From: Lama guanicoe
Lineage: Eukaryota
Direction of reading: 5' to 3'
Assembly: GCA_013239625.1 (NCBI GenBank)
Contig: MU054323.1
Span: forward strand, 20,047,082-20,111,081
DNA length: 64,000 nt
Numbering within the stretch: position 1 is the stretch's first letter; each line of letters begins with the position of its first letter. Shown piece by piece: positions 61,170-64,000 of this stretch. The translations under genes and the position numbers were made by a program. The notes beneath the pieces were generated by a model. It was not told the DNA's origin. It ran no database searches and saw nothing but the letters and a program-made list of their open reading frames with translations.

Positions 61170-64000
61170 GCTTCATCCATCATTAGTTTATTGCAAAGTG
61201 AAGTTTAGATTCAAAACAGAGAGGAAATAAGTCCACCAAGAGTGAATTACACTAATTAATGAAGTCAACGCAACCGAGAGTAACATGTGTTTAGTATCAG
61301 CTGCAGGTGGTTCTCAAAGACAAAATTTATTAACTATTCAAATGGTCAAGCTGTACAGATTTTTTTTCAGATGTACATACAGCATATGTATATCATAACA
61401 AAGTTAACTTTTCATAAAATATTATTTCCTTAGGGAGTAAAGAAACCACTAATTAATTGAATATTTGATGCACATTTATAGGTACTGTTAATGATCTGAC
61501 ATAAATTACACAAGTAACACAGTCAAATAAGAAAAGCTATGACCCATATAATGGCACACTTTACTAATCCCATATTAAAGCAGAAAACAAAATTATGCCA
61601 CAGATTGAGCTGATTTTAAGAATATTTTTATTAGAAGATAAAAGTGATGCCCATTTAAACCATCATTCCTAAAAGAGTTTTGAAACAGTAAAATTACTAC
61701 CTTAAATCCCGAACTATAACATAATCTTTCCTATCCAAACTACCTTCCCTAGGGGTTGATAATACAGCTGCTCCCTCTATGACAAATGTAATAGCCATTA
61801 ATGATGACAATTAGCAACAGTTATGTATACACAGTGGAAGTGGGAGAACTGACCATACACACATTTTAATCACTACACCCATTGAGAATAGGGTCAATGA
61901 AAATAATGGTTAAAACCAACAGGCATTGGAACTGTTCAGTCATGTGCATCTTCAGCAGTAAATGCTACACAACACATATATTATTTTTTCCATAAAATCT
62001 TTACATGTCGAAAATACTTTTTAATCCAGGTTCAGATTATTAACAATGAAAAGACATTCATCTTCTTCCTTACTTCCATGGACTTTATCAGGCCTGCATT
62101 CACCAGGCACACAGAAATGTGAGTAACTGGAAAGACAATTTGACCATATACTTTGCAAAACAGAAGTGCTCTATTTTAAGGCAAGTATCTTTATCACATA
62201 CATACATAGCAATTTACCCATTGGTGAACTTTATCATATGACAGTGCAATATTCAACAAAAAACTGAGGTATACCTTTACTTAACACAAATACAAATGTC
62301 AGAAAGTGTAAAGACATTCTCCATGTGCTTAACATATTTTACCCATAATTAAATAGAGAACTCTTCTCAAAGTTCTTATATGTCCAGAAACATCCAAGAT
62401 TCTGAATTCTAGAAAAGACATCAGAAATTAAATAAGCCAAAAATTTTACAATAAGGCTGTCCACATAAGGCTACCTTTGATGTAAGGCTACTACAGCTTG
62501 GTCTGAAAATAGCAGAAATGTGCATCAAAATTCAAGCTATTCTGAATTAAAGAGAAAGGACTTGGTCTCATGAGGGACAGCGAGGTTTTATTGAGCAAAA
62601 TTAAACTCAGGCATAGAGCGCAATTTAAAATACATCAAATTAAAAGTTTTCCTGTCATTTTTTAAACATAAAACTGAACTACTGTGATATAAAATGACTA
62701 AAGGTATAAGGTGCTTTTTAGAGCAAAACAAACACACATTTACCTTTACATAAATAATTTAAGTGGAAAATAATCTGTATTTTGGTATGTATAATATATT
62801 TTAAAATCTACATTCTGTGACCTTTACAAAAGTAGATCCATTCTTTACTTTCAAGTTAGAAACAGTATAACAGTTTATCTTTGGATATTTCCAGTCAGTG
62901 GCTGTATAATAAAATGAGAGATACTATAAATCTAAGTCATAAGCCATTTGGTGCATTAACATGTTTAAGCCATCAGTTTTGGGTCCTAAAAGTGAAAAAT
63001 GATTGATACTACATAAAGTGGAAAAAATACACCTCAGATTTCTGCTCTAGTCCAAAAATTTACAGTGTCTAAGTATTTTTAATTAGAGGATAGTTTGACA
63101 GAATGACATTCAGTGAAAAAAATCTGATTACTAACTATATTCACATTAAAATGTTTTCCTTAAAATGCAAATAGACAGTATGCATTATGCCTGAATACAA
63201 AGGTAAACTAATGACAAGATAAATTTTTTTTAGTTTGAGAACTGCAGCACTCGTTTCCTCTGTCAAAGTCCCAGTGACACTAAAAGAAAAGATATTCTAA
63301 TTATTTTCACTTAATAATCTAATCAAGTGCTCTAGAAAAATATTGTTTTAAAGGGAAGTTCAGCAGGAATTGCTTATTAAATTTCGAAGTGAGGTTTTTT
63401 TTTTAAAAAAAAGGAAAACAAAATGGGATTCAAAAAACGTAGATTATGTAAGGGAATAAATAATAACAATAATGACAAACAATATCCAAAATTTGGAAAA
63501 TCTTGGAAAATTCAGGAGCAAACATTTTAGTAACCTCATTCTTGATAGCATATGACCAAAAGGAATTTAAGATTGATGGAGGAATGGAAGTTTCCATTGA
63601 AACAGGTATACACAGAGTAAACAGAAAGATCCACAACCTAAATTCCAGTTTCACAGTGATGTCAAGCATCATCCGGTTGTGTAATTTCCTCCTGATTCCT
63701 TCAGGAACAGGCACAAAGCACCCTCAAGTCTTCATTGGCATCAAATTCAGTTTTGCTCCTTTGCAAAACTGTACTGACACTAGTTAATATCAGGGGGTGG
63801 GGTTAAAGGAGCGGTAAGTGTACACACCAAGTTAAGTGCTCCTTCATTCGAAGGGAGCTAGAAATCTGCCTATTTAGTAATCAGTCCAATGTGCCACTGA
63901 CTTCACACACCCTCACTTCTGGAGACATCCACAAACCAGCAACAGCTTTTGCCCACGGAATGATTCACTCCTATAACTGTGGCTAATCAGCTACACACAG
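61170..64000 (-). other. Probable 3' UTR of the neighbouring gene KCNG3 (coding exon would lie beyond the window end)
   Basis: About 3 kb AT-rich and repeat-poor, U-rich on the minus strand, minus-strand AATAAA at 62592-62587 and 61192-61187. The mammalian order EML4-COX7A2L-KCNG3 has KCNG3 co-oriented with and upstream of COX7A2L. Synteny inference only; no Kv-channel coding sequence seen. Confidence 0.5.

Noticed and set aside
63430..63787. Two overlapping 94-aa ORFs near the window end as KCNG3 coding sequence
   Set aside because: No Kv-channel motifs (no S4 Arg repeats, no TVGYG pore signature).
1..64000. CRISPR arrays, operons, defence islands or another novel multi-gene system
   Set aside because: The window is intron- and retroposon-rich mammalian DNA; I saw no regularly spaced repeat-spacer array and no unexplained long ORFs.

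Overview
Mammalian genomic DNA, most likely camelid (four tRNA-Ala-derived Vic-1-type SINEs; I saw no Alu, Bov-A/BovB, PRE-1, CanSINE or B1). The only intact protein-coding gene I can support is COX7A2L (SCAF1/COX7RP, respiratory supercomplex assembly factor) on the minus strand. It has three coding exons (14873-14802, 9415-9287, 8062-7922), GT-AG introns and encodes 113 aa. It has a CpG-island promoter and a perfect palindromic estrogen response element in intron 1. The rest is intergenic sequence rich in L1, L2, MIR, MaLR/ERVL LTRs and hAT relics. It includes a 5'-truncated HSPA8 processed pseudogene sitting inside an old L1 and itself split by a younger L1. The AT-rich, repeat-poor last ~3 kb is probably the 3' UTR of the neighbouring gene KCNG3, inferred from synteny only (no KCNG3 coding sequence seen). 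I found no convincing evidence of a previously undescribed biological system. The best leads are an in-frame upstream ATG giving a presequence-like 54-aa extension of COX7A2L, a one-codon-shorter exon 2, the nuclear-receptor sites in intron 1 and several nested retrotransposition events. Repeat family names and most repeat boundaries come from recognition by eye and are approximate.
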